Source of the DNA: Pavona decussata
Lineage: Eukaryota
Assembly (NCBI GenBank): GCA_977016875.1
Contig: CDRNST010000093.1
Coordinates: forward strand, 310,001-374,000
DNA length: 64,000 nucleotides
Reading direction: 5' to 3'
The position numbers and the translations under genes were made by a program. How positions within the stretch are numbered: the first letter of the stretch is position 1; each line of letters begins with the position of its first letter. A model generated the notes under the pieces. It searched no databases and was not told the DNA's origin. It saw nothing but the letters and a program-made list of their open reading frames with translations. Below are positions 50,848 through 62,970 of this stretch, piece by piece.

Positions 50848-53800
50848 ATGGCCTCTTCAGCAGCATCCTCCACAGAGCAGCGTCGGTGGTTAGTTGTGGG
50901 GATTGCTCTTCATCATGTTCTAACTCCATGCCTCAGAGAGAAAATTAAGAGCGAAATGACACCACTCTACCAACATGTGGTGCGAAACTTTCGATTGGAC
51001 AAACAGACGTTTGGTTCTCACAAGAAAACTGTTCCACTATCAACAATAAACTTGAACTACGGAAGCATTAACAATAATGCTGCAACTCATCGGCATCCAC
51101 GTCACTACGACTACTGCGTAAAGGACGAAGTTTCATTGGCCAAGCTCTTTATGAAACCTTTTATGGCGCAGTTCAATGCGTTTGACGATTCCTTCGATTC
51201 TTCAGCAGCTCTTGCCGTCCTCTGTGGAGCGTTGCCATTCACGTCTGTCAAACGGTTGGCTGAGGACGTGAGGTCCAAAGTTCGGAATGAATGGGCACAT
51301 TGCAACTTCACGGCTTGGACTGAAGGACATTACAATATCTGCTTTGATCTAATGGAGGCTCTGGTTACAAATCTGCGCCTTAAACCTGCTGACGAAGCAA
51401 AGATTCTGGATGAACTCAAGTTTTGGAGAACGGAAGGTATGGTAGTAATAACTGATATCTAGTGTAACTTGTATCAAAACCATCGCTCGCATGACAAACC
51501 ATCATTGCTTAATGCAACCTCGATGCTCATGGTAAGCTCTTTAACGTAGCATTTGTATTGATTTGTTTCAGTTTTGGTTTTTTCATTAACTGTACAATGA
51601 GGTAGAATCTGAGCGCGATCCTGGAGCGTACTAGAGATTTGTACATGTCACTTAATAAAAGATAGAGCACTTGATGACGGAAAAAGGTCTTCAGAGTTGC
51701 ATTACACTCTGTTTTTTTTTATATAAGAACGTCTAATTTTGGAGCTGAGGCTGCACGTTCCTATATTTTTTTGCGATTTCAGACTGAAAACGTTCTTAAG
51801 ATGTTCTTAAATTACATGGTATACACCACATGTATTTCAGTAAATCGATGCGGACGCACCAGGATACCTGTCCAAGTGCATTGCCTCCTGAGATATGATA
51901 TCAAGAACTGATGATTATATGACAAACCGAGATGTGTGTCACCATTGTTAATGTTATACAAAACATGCCCTTAAGTATTTTGGTTAATTTACATTTGTTA
52001 CTTTGATTTTATATACAGATTATCCAAATAAAAACCGCGTTCTTAATCTACTCAGTCTGAGGAACGTTCTTAATACGTTCTTAAAATTTTGGTTAATCTC
52101 AGCCTCGACGTTCTTATAAAAAAGGTTCTTATAAAAAAAACAGAGTGTATACAACTTTAAGCGTACACACAAAAAAATGTGGAATAATTTTATTTGGATG
52201 GAGTGGGCCAATTCAGTGACCTTGCGCCGGTGCCAGTGCAAACGTCCCAACCGCTAAACTATATATACACCCAAAGATTGCTATATTCTTACCAGAACTC
52301 TGAGTGACAAAACAGACGTTCATATATAAGATTTTTTTCATTCATAGTGAGGGATTTCATGGTAACATAACAAGAGAGTCCTTTTTGGCACTTTTTGAAG
52401 GGCTACCACTTTAGTACTGCAGTTTTTTGAGCTTGATACTAGTACACTTAATAGTGGAAATTGTGTTAAAAGTTTGGAAAATCAAAAATGCGATGCAAAC
52501 AACAACTATGAAGCGTAAGTTAAAAAATAAACCGACAAGTGAAGAAGACAACTGGGATGGAAGATAACTTTTCGTGCCCATAAATGTTAACACTTATGAC
52601 GTTCTTTCGCTTTATGTATGTTTCCTTTCGACACAGGAATTGAGCTATGTCTTGGTAAACCACTTGATGACAGTCTTCTTCACGTCATTCGCAGTGAGGT
52701 TCAACAACTTTCTGACTCGCTCGGTGTGCACAAAGATAGAGAAGAAAAGGATGTAAAAAGCATTTGTTCTACTCTTTCGTTATTTAAGTCTGAGTTTGAC
52801 AGAGCCATTCGCTCGCTGGAACAGCAACAGTCAAGTTTGGAAACAAGTTGTGAAGAGCTAAGGAACAGGCAAGATATTTTGCAAGAAGAAATGAGTACGA
52901 AAGACAAAGAACAGCAAGAACGCCTCAGAACATCCGAGTTGCACTGGAAAATGAGACAAGAACGAGTAGAAAACTTTTATAAAGCTCTGGAAGTCAAACG
53001 TGTTGCGATGCAAGGAGATTTGGACATACTGAGAACAAAGATAGAAAGCTTAGCCCCTTCAGATGATTTCAAAGAGGTCGTGTTTGATGCTCCGGAACAA
53101 AACAAATGGTTTATAGGAAGAGGGAAAGAAGTAGACCTACTTGAAAAGTGTCTTCCTTTCGTAAGTGGCAGTGGGTTGAAGATGGCCGCCATCTGCGGTC
53201 TTGGAGGATGTGGGAAGACAACCCTGGCAACGCACTATGCATGGAAGCATAAACAGGAATACGAGGGAGGTGTTTATTGGATATCCATGGAGGATGACAG
53301 AAAGTTAGAAAATTCCATGAACGACCTGGCGTTGCGGTTAGGAATGTTGGCAGAATCGTTCGATTTGACGCTGTCCAAGGTTCTAACGTGGATCACTAAA
53401 CGAAAAATGCCATGGTTGCTGGTTCTTGATGACGTCGATCAACTGAATCTCTCTGAGCAAATGCACAAGGTTTTGTCTGGTCGTTGGAAAAAGCAGGCAA
53501 GTGGCCACATCCTGCTAACAACACGACGTGAACCAAAGGAAGTTTGTGAGTCTATAAGTATGGAGCCATCTTGCTGTGTTGGTGTGTTTGCCTTCTCAGA
53601 AGACGAAGCACAAAGGTTTCTTGTCGGCCGAAGTGATGTCACTGATGCTACAGGACAAGAGTTGGCATTAGATGAACTTGTTCGCGAACTTGGTTGTCTC
53701 CCTCTTGCTTTAGAACAAGCTGGTGCGCATATCAAAGCCCTTCAATGCCCAATCAATAACTATCTTCAGGAATACAAAATTCAGCGGTTGAAGTTGCTCA

Positions 53801-56793
53801 GCGAACATCCACGGGCAAAGCCATTGTGGGAATACGAATCTCAAAGCCGCCTGACAGTGCATACCACATGGCATTTAAACTTTGAGTACGTGAGAAAATC
53901 ACCTCATGGGGAAGTTGCATCCAGTTTTGTGGAGGCTGCTGCGTTTCTGTCGGCTGAAGAAATTCAAGAAGAGCTGATCAATCATCAACTGCTTCCCACT
54001 GATGATCCTAGTCATGAAAAGTTTAACCTCATGATGAAAAAGCAGATCGTAGAAATTTTGACCAAGTTTTCACTCTTTCAGAAGAAGAATACGAACTCCC
54101 TTGGATTGCATCGACTAGTTCAGGAGGTAATTCGTAGTAGTCTGACCACCGAAAAAATTACTTCGTCCTTGCTTCAAGCTGCGCGAATTCTTCATCAATC
54201 CTTGCGCGACTGCCCATCGCCTGACCAAATTCTCGCGGATATCGCAACAAGTGCACCGGAACAGCCATCTACATCTGTGGCGAACCCCTCTCAGTTGTAT
54301 TTGTGGTCGAAGTTAACCAGTCATGCCACTGAGATACAACAGCACCTGAAGTCACTTCTGGACAATCAAAGCATTGAAAGAGAAGTAAAAGCCGTGGCTT
54401 TAACTCGTGAGGTATCTCGTGTAGTGTATGAAAACGCTGTACAATTAAGCGTCCTTGGTCATCAAGAGAAAGCCAAAGAGGCCGAAAGATTTGCTTTACA
54501 AATTCTGGTTTCGTGTCAGAGTGATCCCTTGGCCGTTACTCTTGACGATTTACGAAACCTTTTTCCTCATACTCTGCCTCTTCCACAGGTGGTACAGCGA
54601 ATTATCTTGTACTCATCTCGGCCTCCGGTTGATAATCAGAGATTTGAAAATGATGAAGAGAAAAAAAGTGTTGCCATAGATTCGATTCGTCTGGAAGGAA
54701 ATGCCTTTTTCAAGGAAGGGCGTTTCACAGAGGCAGTTGAGAAGTACACGAAGGCAATTGAAGAAAGTAAGGGAACAAAAGCCTCAGATCCACGCCTGTT
54801 TATAAATCGAGCAACTGCGTATCTCAAAGTAGGAAGTTTTGAGGAGAGTCTTCGAGATGCCGAGGAATATATTAACTTTATGCCCAACTGCTGGAAAGGA
54901 TACACAAGAAAGGCATTGGCTTTAAATGGAATTGGAAAAAGGCTTCCAGCCTTATGCTCAGCAGCCATCGCCTATTACCATGAAGAAAACTGTTGTCGCC
55001 GTTATGAGGCTTTTTACAGTGTTTTTAAGGAGCTGGATGGACATTGGGCGGTTATAGACTCTTCTGAAACACTAGACATCGCACTTACTCTGAATCAGAA
55101 GTCTTGTTCAAGAAAGAAAGTTTTGTTACTGCAAAGTGGAGAATATGTTACCAACCGTGGCGGGTTTATGTCACAAATTAACCTTGTCGCCGTAAGTCAT
55201 GCTGAGGGTGCCACAATAACAAGTGATGAACTTCTTCTCTGCAAAGATTGTTTTATTGAACATATCAACTTTAAGACGAAGAATGGTGTTGTTGTTTTGC
55301 CTTATGGAAAAGTCGACTTCAGTAATTGCAAATTCCAGTGCACCTCAGTGGAAAGGCAAGCCATTCAAGTTAGCGGGACGGCTACGTTCATTAAATGCGA
55401 AATAAACAACAGCAAAGGTGGTGGAATGGTAGTAGCGGGTCCCAAGTCCTTGGCTACTTTAGTGAAATGCCATATTAGTGGAAATGGAAGTAAACCAATA
55501 CATTCGGCTGGTTTAAAAGTATTAGATGGTGGATGCCTAGTTGTGCAAGAATGTCTTGTTCATGGAAATACTGAAGGAATCCACGTCGATTCTACTTTTC
55601 CGGAGTTAGTCGTGGCAAAAGAATTAACACTGACTCATTCGGAAATTTACGACAACAAATATGAAGGCATTATTGTGACTGGAGTTCCAAACGCCTTTCC
55701 ATCTCCATCTGTCACAATAGAAGAGAATAAGATTTACCATAATGGCGGATATGGTGTTCGTGTGTCATACTGTGCAAACAACGTACGTTTTAAGAGAAAC
55801 GTGGTGTTTGAAAACTTCTGGTGGGGAGTCTGGGTGCAGTGCAACTCCGGTGGCTACTACGAAGGCAACGAGATTTGTAACAACAAGATGGGTGGAATAA
55901 GGGTTGGCAAACAAAGTCCAGGAAAACCAGTATGTGTGGTGGAAAACAATGTAATTCATGATAACTGTGGGCCGGCCTTTCACGAGGGATTGCGATACTT
56001 CGAATTTTATTCCTTTCCCGATGAATTGCAACCCCTTTTTATGAAACAACTCTTCGAAACTCACTTGAAATTAGATTTGGCCCCTTTAATTAATCAGGGT
56101 GATTTGAAGGTGGACAGGGAGATTTCTCTCCCAAATGTTGTTCAAGCTCTGTTTAATTCCAGTAATCAGTGTTTTCAAAATGAAAAAATGCGAAACCACA
56201 CACAGAACACAGCCGCAAAAACAATCTGCGCCTATTGCTTCAGAAGCGACACAGTTCTTAAATCTTGTAAACGCTGCATGACTGCGAAATATTGTGGGAA
56301 AGAATGTCAAACAAAACACTGGGGAAGGCACAAATTCATCTGTCAAGCTTTAGGTCAGAAAAACGTCATAGAAGTTTCTATCCCATATTATCCTGGTTAC
56401 GTTTCCGAGGGTGTTTCTTCGACAAATCCTGATCTAGAACCCACTGGTCCAGATTATGCACCCTTACCCCCAATAGATGGAACACGATTTATTGTAAAGT
56501 TACAAACTTACGAAGGATTGATAGATAACGTGATGTGCCTTGATGGGAGAGGATATGTCAGTGACGATTACAATCCTGAAAAAGCCGGCATTTATGTTTA
56601 CGATCGCAGTCGTTACGTTGATTTTACGACTGCTGGTCAACCACGGCTCTTCCATTTAATCATGGAGTGTGGCATTGTGGGATCCAGCATGTATCTCAGT
56701 AAGAAGCTTTATTGTTGGGCCGCATATAAAGATGGCAAAACTAAAACTCTTCGAATTTTCACTCACGAGTTTCCACCAGTCCAGAAATGGTAA
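50848..56793 (+). CDS. NLR-like STAND protein copy 4; join(50848..51436,52637..56793), 1581 aa
   Basis: Donor AAG|GTATGG at 51437, acceptor acacAG at 52636, phase 1. Motifs RNEWAH, GLGGCGKT, LVLDDVD, GCLPLAL, LHRLVQ, TPR, beta-helix, MYND CAYC..CKRC..YCGKECQTKHWGRHKFIC. Confidence 0.88.
51705..52147. mobile_element. Tc1/mariner-type MITE in the copy-4 intron, TA TSD
   Basis: TIRs CACTCTGTTTTTTTT..ATAAGAAC / GTTCTTATAAAAAAAACAGAGTG, with TA at 51703-04 and 52148-49. The empty site cagagtttcatTAtacaac is in the copy-3 intron (~37421-37439). Confidence 0.85.
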
Positions 56794-57299
56794 GGGACGC
56801 TGAGAATTAGTGGTGACTATAAAGACGATATAGTTTGGGAATTCTAGCTACTTCGCACTTTTCAGGAAGCTGAACGTGATGTGTCATTCAGTTAATTTTC
56901 TTCTAGAAAGAAGTAGTGTAGCAGTTGTGGTATACATTTTGCTCCCTTAAACTCAAAGTTAGTGATTTGCAAATGGGGAGACTTCGAAAAGATTTTCAGA
57001 ATCTGCTGATGCAAAATGAACCGGACACGAATTCCTTGCGGTCAAATTTCAAATGGCATTGCATCTTGTGACCATGGATCCGCTCTTGTCAAATACTGGC
57101 AGTATGAGAATCAACCTCATATACACGATAAGATCTGTTCCCGTTGCTAAATAGATTTGAAGTGTTAAATTGCAGTACACCTCGTTTGAGAAACCACACA
57201 TTCAACAACGAACTGAACCCACATATGGCTGTCAGGAATCGAACCCGGGCCATATTGGTGGCCATCCCCGCGCAATCCATTCCCCCAGCCCCTGAGATG

Positions 57300-57922
57300 T
57301 GGATGAGGGATTGAATACTCCTCTAGGATTTGAGTTTGTGACAACGGGAGTCCTTTGGTCCAAGACCGCCTCCTGCAAGAAAACACTGAAGTTATGTGTA
57401 TTTATGAGGCGTAAGTTACAGACTGCGATATCTATGACAACAAATATGAATCTAGGGGCTCCAAATGCGACAACCTCAATACAAGCTATAACAAAATTTA
57501 CTAAAAATGGTGGATGAGTGAATGAGGTGGGGAGTCTGGGTCCAATGCAACTTCGGTGGTTTCTATAAAGGCAACGAGATTTGTTACAAGATAGATGGAA
57601 AGTACCTTTCACCAAGAACTTCGATACTTCGAAGGATATTTTTTCCCGATTCAGTTTGAAGATGCCATTGCGAAGCCGTTGCCTCAGGGAATCGAAAAAA
57701 AGAAGTGGGATCCGGCATTTCTCTTTCCAGTCAAAGTACAGTAATTAGTTCAAATCCAACAAGAGGCCATATTCAAGAAAAAGAATGGCTATTGTTTTTA
57801 AACTTATGCCTATTTCAATATCTTGCACCCATTGAACAGTGGTGCAGTGATGTACCGTAAAAGGGAATGCCAGACACTGTAATGGGGTAGGCACAAGTAC
57901 GTTTTACAAGCTGCAAGTCAAG
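57300..57922 (+). pseudogene. Old, heavily decayed remnant of the beta-helix/MYND region
   Basis: Recognisable pieces: atctatgacaacaaatatgaa (IYDNKYE), ggtggggagtctgggtccaatgcaac (WGVWVQCN), ggcaacgagatttgt (GNEIC), gaatgccagacactg..tggggtaggcacaagtac (ECQTL.WGRHKY). Confidence 0.75.
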
Positions 57923-60046
57923 CAAGCTCCTTCGTTCCCGTTTTGGAATGAACTGATGCGCGCTCTGTATCTACTCCTCACATATAATGAATCGGTGACA
58001 GCTCAAACTTTCGATTCAACTGGATATCCCGGTAATGATTTAATTCCTGAAATAGCCACTGAACATGTGCTTTTTTATGATCACACTGAGCCGCAATATC
58101 GAAATTAAATTTTTTGTAAGAGCTGAAAATTAGCACCTTTTCGTGAAACGTGGAAAGATGGACGTTCTTCAGCAACAAACTGTACTGTTAATGAAAGATG
58201 ACGAGACCCTTCAAATTTTCACTTTAGAGGTTTCCTCCGGTGGAGGAATTGTGAGAATTGTGAGACTCGTGATTACATACGATTTGTACTATATCTCTAC
58301 AATAGAGTACTTCTGGTTGCTTCTCTGCGCATTGACTAATACGAGTCGACTTTCATCTGTTGCTGTCCTGTCATAGCTTCTGTTCATTCAGAANNNNNNN
58401 NNNNNNNNNNNNNNNNNNNNNNNNNNNNNNNNNNNNNNNNNNNNNNNNNNNNNNNNNNNNNNNNNNNNNNNNNNNNNNNNNNNNNNNNNNNNNNNNNNNN
58501 NNNNNNNNNNNNNNNNNNNNNNNNNNNNNNNNNNNNNNNNNNNNNNNNNNNNNNNNNNNNNNNNNNNNNNNNNNNNNNNNNNNNNNNNNNNNNNNNNNNN
58601 NNNNNNNNNNNNNNNNCATTTTACGAAGACATGCCTACAGTTTCGACCGACTGGTGAACGACCACCCTCTAGGAACACACAAAATTTAATTTAACTGAAA
58701 TAGCATAATATTTGACTTATCAAAACTTTCGAAAAAGGAAAAGAAACAAAAATTTTTGTATACTCAGTACAATGCTATTTATCTTTTTTCAAAAGAAAAC
58801 TGAAATGTGAAGAAAAACCAAACATGACGATTTTCTCCTTTACATCAATACAAATGTGTTGTGATTTTTTTTCAAAGTTGAATGCGTGCGGAATGGTTAA
58901 AATGAGGGGAAAGTATTACGCACCCCTCCTCCCTCCCCACCTATAAACTTTTTCGTTAAATTAGTTTTTTAGGGTGGGTGGAGGTGGGGGATTCTCTGAG
59001 TAAACAGTTAAGATTTGAGAGGGGAGAGTTCCAAACATCCTCCTTGCTTTCAAAATGCAAAGTTCCGATGTTTAAGGTACTTCATTAAATAATGTCTGAA
59101 TTCAATCCACATTGTCTGAGGCGCGTAATTCCGAACAGACATTCCACCGAAACGGGCCGTTGGGTGCTCCTGTCCTGCTCCACGCCAGTCGAACTACTTA
59201 ATGTTAATATAGGTATTTTAAGATCTTATTCACTGCTCTTGAAAGTGGGTGTAAATATTGTTTCTCCCAGCTAGGCGTTTGTGAGATGCATAAATGTACG
59301 TTGAACAGCTCTCTTTCGCCCTCACTCACCCAAATAAGCCTTTCAGCCCTAAAAAAATAATAACCGTGTAAACTGCAACTGAATTGATCTAACCACCGTT
59401 CACTGCTTTCACTAGCGAGTTTACGCAACAGGACGGCTGATGTGGTGGGACGGCAAATTGTGCTTGTGTGACCAGCGTGATGGCCAAGTAATCATGACTC
59501 TAGATTGCAACATTCCTACCGCTCGTGGTTTTCAGGTTGTCACAGATGAGAGAACACCAGTTCTAGTCGAAAATCGCCTAAAAATGTGAAGGTGCTAAGA
59601 TGTCATGTTGGTCACACAACGATATTTCACCGTCCCCTTCCCTCAGCCTTCCTATTGCGTAAGCTCACTACTAGTCATCAGAGTGCGCGTGCTGCGTGCT
59701 CGGTCATCCGCTGACCAAGGACCTCATAGAACTTGGGTGTTTTACATAGACTGATTCCGTATTCTTGGTATTGAACTGGATGCGGGAGCATATATTTAAA
59801 AATCATGTGCATTTGAAAAGATTCCCCTCCTTATAATTAAGCCTCGACTGCAAGCTTTGTAGTTCCAGTTCAATACCGAAAATAAGAAAATGGTGTCTTG
59901 TCCCATTGGTATCCAAGCTCGAAATAGATTGCTTTTACCTCAACTGAGGACGATAAAGAACAAACAAGCGAGTACATATAAAAACAAAATAAAAACCCAA
60001 AACGGTTTGTACTACTTACAAACACCCTTAAAAATGGCGATAGACC

Positions 60047-60328
60047 TCGTACCCAGAGTCCTAGGGCTCTTTAAATTTGGCCAGCTGTTCATCGCCTGGA
60101 GGGACTCTGGAGAAATCGAAAATTGATGTTTTTGATTGGCTGTGCTGTTATAAGCTCTGCTTTTTACCGCCAGTCTCTTAACCAGAGTCCCCAGCCTCGC
60201 TGGCTAGCGGTTAGTTGCCTGGAAGACTCTGGAAAGCCAATCCAAAAGTTTAAATTTTTTTGATTTCCCCGGAGTCTCACCAGATGACAAACCGCTGGAC
60301 AAGGAAAATCTGCGGATTCTGGGTACGA
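60047..60328. mobile_element. MITE-like element
   Basis: TCGTACCCAGAGTCC / GGATTCTGGGTACGA inverted termini (14/15). Its right half plus ~290 bp of flank is duplicated at ~46850-47205. Confidence 0.6.
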
Positions 60329-62241
60329 CATTGAAAATACGTTGAAGTAAAAGGTAAATAAAAGTCCGGTTTTGCAATATCAACGAGAAAGAAAAAACGT
60401 CGAGTATTTATTTTATTTGGGGTATCACTTTTGTCAACATCTCTTGAGACCTGTAAACTGTAACGTCACATGAAAAAAAAATGTAAAATCTCAATTTTAC
60501 TCGCTCCTAGACAAGCTGCGCTGTGGTGCAATTTATTTTGCCGTACAAGGTGGTTCTTGACAAAACTCTAAAGTGCGACCATTCAAATGAAAGCTGATGT
60601 AAATCTTCTTGTGGTGGGGGCGTATTATGCTTGTAAAAGGTGGTTGTCAGTTTTGCATCTGTCGACTGAATCCTGCAAGCCAGAAGTGTGACCACTTAAA
60701 TGAAAGTTATTGAGCAGTATTTTTCTATCTCCTTTTAAAAAATGAGAGCTGTTATACAGAAATCCTTCCAATTTTAAGTATTTTATTCTGTCTGAAATTT
60801 CGGATCAGACGGTCCCGATTTTGAAAAAAAAAAATTCTGAAAAGTGTCTTCCCGAGAAGCGGAACAAAACCATTTTTCATGATTGTGTGGGCGAGTGAAT
60901 AGGGATACATTAAAATTTTTAACCTTTTCGTTAATTGTTGCTTTGGCTCATTTAAACTTTCCTTTGCATTTTACGACCCTCTTGCACCTTGCAAATGACA
61001 CTGATGAGCGTCGGAATAATTCATCGGCTTTCATCAAACGCTCTATATCACGGTTAAAGCTGAACTCCGCCGCTAGAATGTAGGCTAAAAAAGAAGTACT
61101 AAATGTTTTTAGTTGTCTGTGAAAACTACGACTTCCAAAAGTGACGAACCATCGCTTTTAATTTCAAGAGTTTTACGATGCTTATTGTTCTGAACTGTAT
61201 GCGGTTTGTTAATGTATGCATGCGACACATTTTAAAAACATTTTCAATGATCCGAAAAAAATACAATTGAAGGCAAATCTCCCAAACACAGACAACTGCC
61301 AAACATTTATGCTGAACACGAACAAAATTTCTAGCCAAAAATATAACGCGAGTTCTTGAAGTTTCATTGACTTGTTTGGTAGTTTAATATTTTAAACTCT
61401 CTACGATCTAACACCATGGACAGGTTGGCAAATTTATACTGTACAGCACCGCTAGCCGATTTGCAATTTATTAAATAGAAACATTAGGATTTTTTTTGCA
61501 GTTGTTTGAGGGTCGATTAAGGCACTTTCAATGTTACTTTTGTACGGTATCGGCGCTGGTTTTTCTACGGTTATTTCATATTTACCACGCGTAGGCAGAG
61601 GTTAACGAATTTAACGGCACAATAAAGCTGTAGAAAGCCGGGCGACAACGGGAGATATTAACCGATTCACAAAGTTGATCGGCCCCTTTGTTTTGAGATG
61701 CAAATTTTGCTTTTAACGCAGTAAATGTACTAAACAAAAAAGACGGTGGTCGATTTTAGGTTTTTAAGTCATAAACACATCAGTAACGATGTGGCACCTT
61801 GAATTTCAACTACAATATAGCGTCGATTTACTAAAAATTGATTCCAAAGAAGGCGTTAGTGTTTTGGGGATAATAAATTAAAAAATATGGCGTGGTAGTC
61901 TGCTGCTTTTTCGCCGAGCCAAATTATTACTAATAAGAAGTCCATTTGAAGATAGGCCTGAAGGAACCGAGGAATATAATTCTCAGTGAAAGCAATGCAA
62001 AAAAAGGCGTGAAACCTTTATTTCGTTTGGACTTCCTCGGCATGAATAGGAAATAGCGAACGCGCATTTAGTGAGAAAGTCTTTGACGACAGGAGCAGAT
62101 GTTTTGGAAGAAAGAAGGGCAATCGGAAGGAGCCAAAGCGCGTGCGCAGTGCAACAAGCAATTATTTACTTTTCACCGAAACTAGTTAGTATTGAACATT
62201 CAAAGCTTCCAACCCTTTGCTTCGCTTCTAGTTTCGAAAAT

Positions 62242-62970
62242 ATGCAATCCCCGAAAGAATCGCCAACAGATCAGAATCTCCCGGCAGTTGTGGAACTTAA
62301 TGTGGGCGGACAATTGTACACGACTTCGCTGCCAACGCTCCTGAAAGACCCGGACTCGCTGCTCAGCGCGATGTTCAGCGGCAAGCAGAAAATCCCTCGA
62401 GACTCTCGCGGTCGGTTTTTCATTGATCGCGACGGTATGCTATTCCGCTACATTCTGGACTACCTTCGCAACTCCAAGCTAGCCCTCCCGGAGAACTTCA
62501 ACGAGAGAGACCGCCTGATCGTGGAAGCAGAGTATTTTAGGTTGAAGGGTATAATTAAAGCATTACAACGTGAGCACGAGCGAGTGAAAACGGGCCGAGA
62601 TATAAACAGCAAGCCCTCTGGGTTTCTTTCCATCGGAGTTCGTGGGACATACGCGTTTGGGCGCGATGGTGTGGCTGATGTGAAATTTCGCAAGTTGCAG
62701 CGGATTTTAGTCTGCGGTAACGTGGCGCTGGCGAGGGAGATTTTTGGCGAGTGGCTTAACGAGACGAGAGATCCAGATCGCGATGACGCGGTTCAGCGAT
62801 ACACAAATCGTTTCTATCTGAAGCACAGTTATCTGGAAAAGGCCTTCGACCAGTTGCACGAAAAAGGGTTCAAGCTGGTCACAAGCTCGGCAGGTGGGGC
62901 GGGATACGATCCAGAAAGCGAGGAAACGAAATGGAACCACTTCAATGATTATGTGTTCTTTAGGCAATAA
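62242..62970 (+). CDS. KCTD8/12/16-like BTB(T1) plus H1 domain protein, intronless CDS, 242 aa
   Basis: VVELNVGGQLYTTSLPTL..DSLL..MFS..DSRGRFFIDRDGMLFRYILDYLR..EAEYF (T1-BTB). H1-domain motifs GVRGTYAFGRDG..KFRKLQRILVCG..LAREIFG..LNETRDPDR..YTNRFYLKHSYLEKAFDQL. The first in-frame ATG is at 62242; the track's 62071 start is a GTG. Confidence 0.9.
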   Translation: MQSPKESPTDQNLPAVVELNVGGQLYTTSLPTLLKDPDSLLSAMFSGKQKIPRDSRGRFFIDRDGMLFRYILDYLRNSKLALPENFNERDRLIVEAEYFRLKGIIKALQREHERVKTGRDINSKPSGFLSIGVRGTYAFGRDGVADVKFRKLQRILVCGNVALAREIFGEWLNETRDPDRDDAVQRYTNRFYLKHSYLEKAFDQLHEKGFKLVTSSAGGAGYDPESEETKWNHFNDYVFFRQ

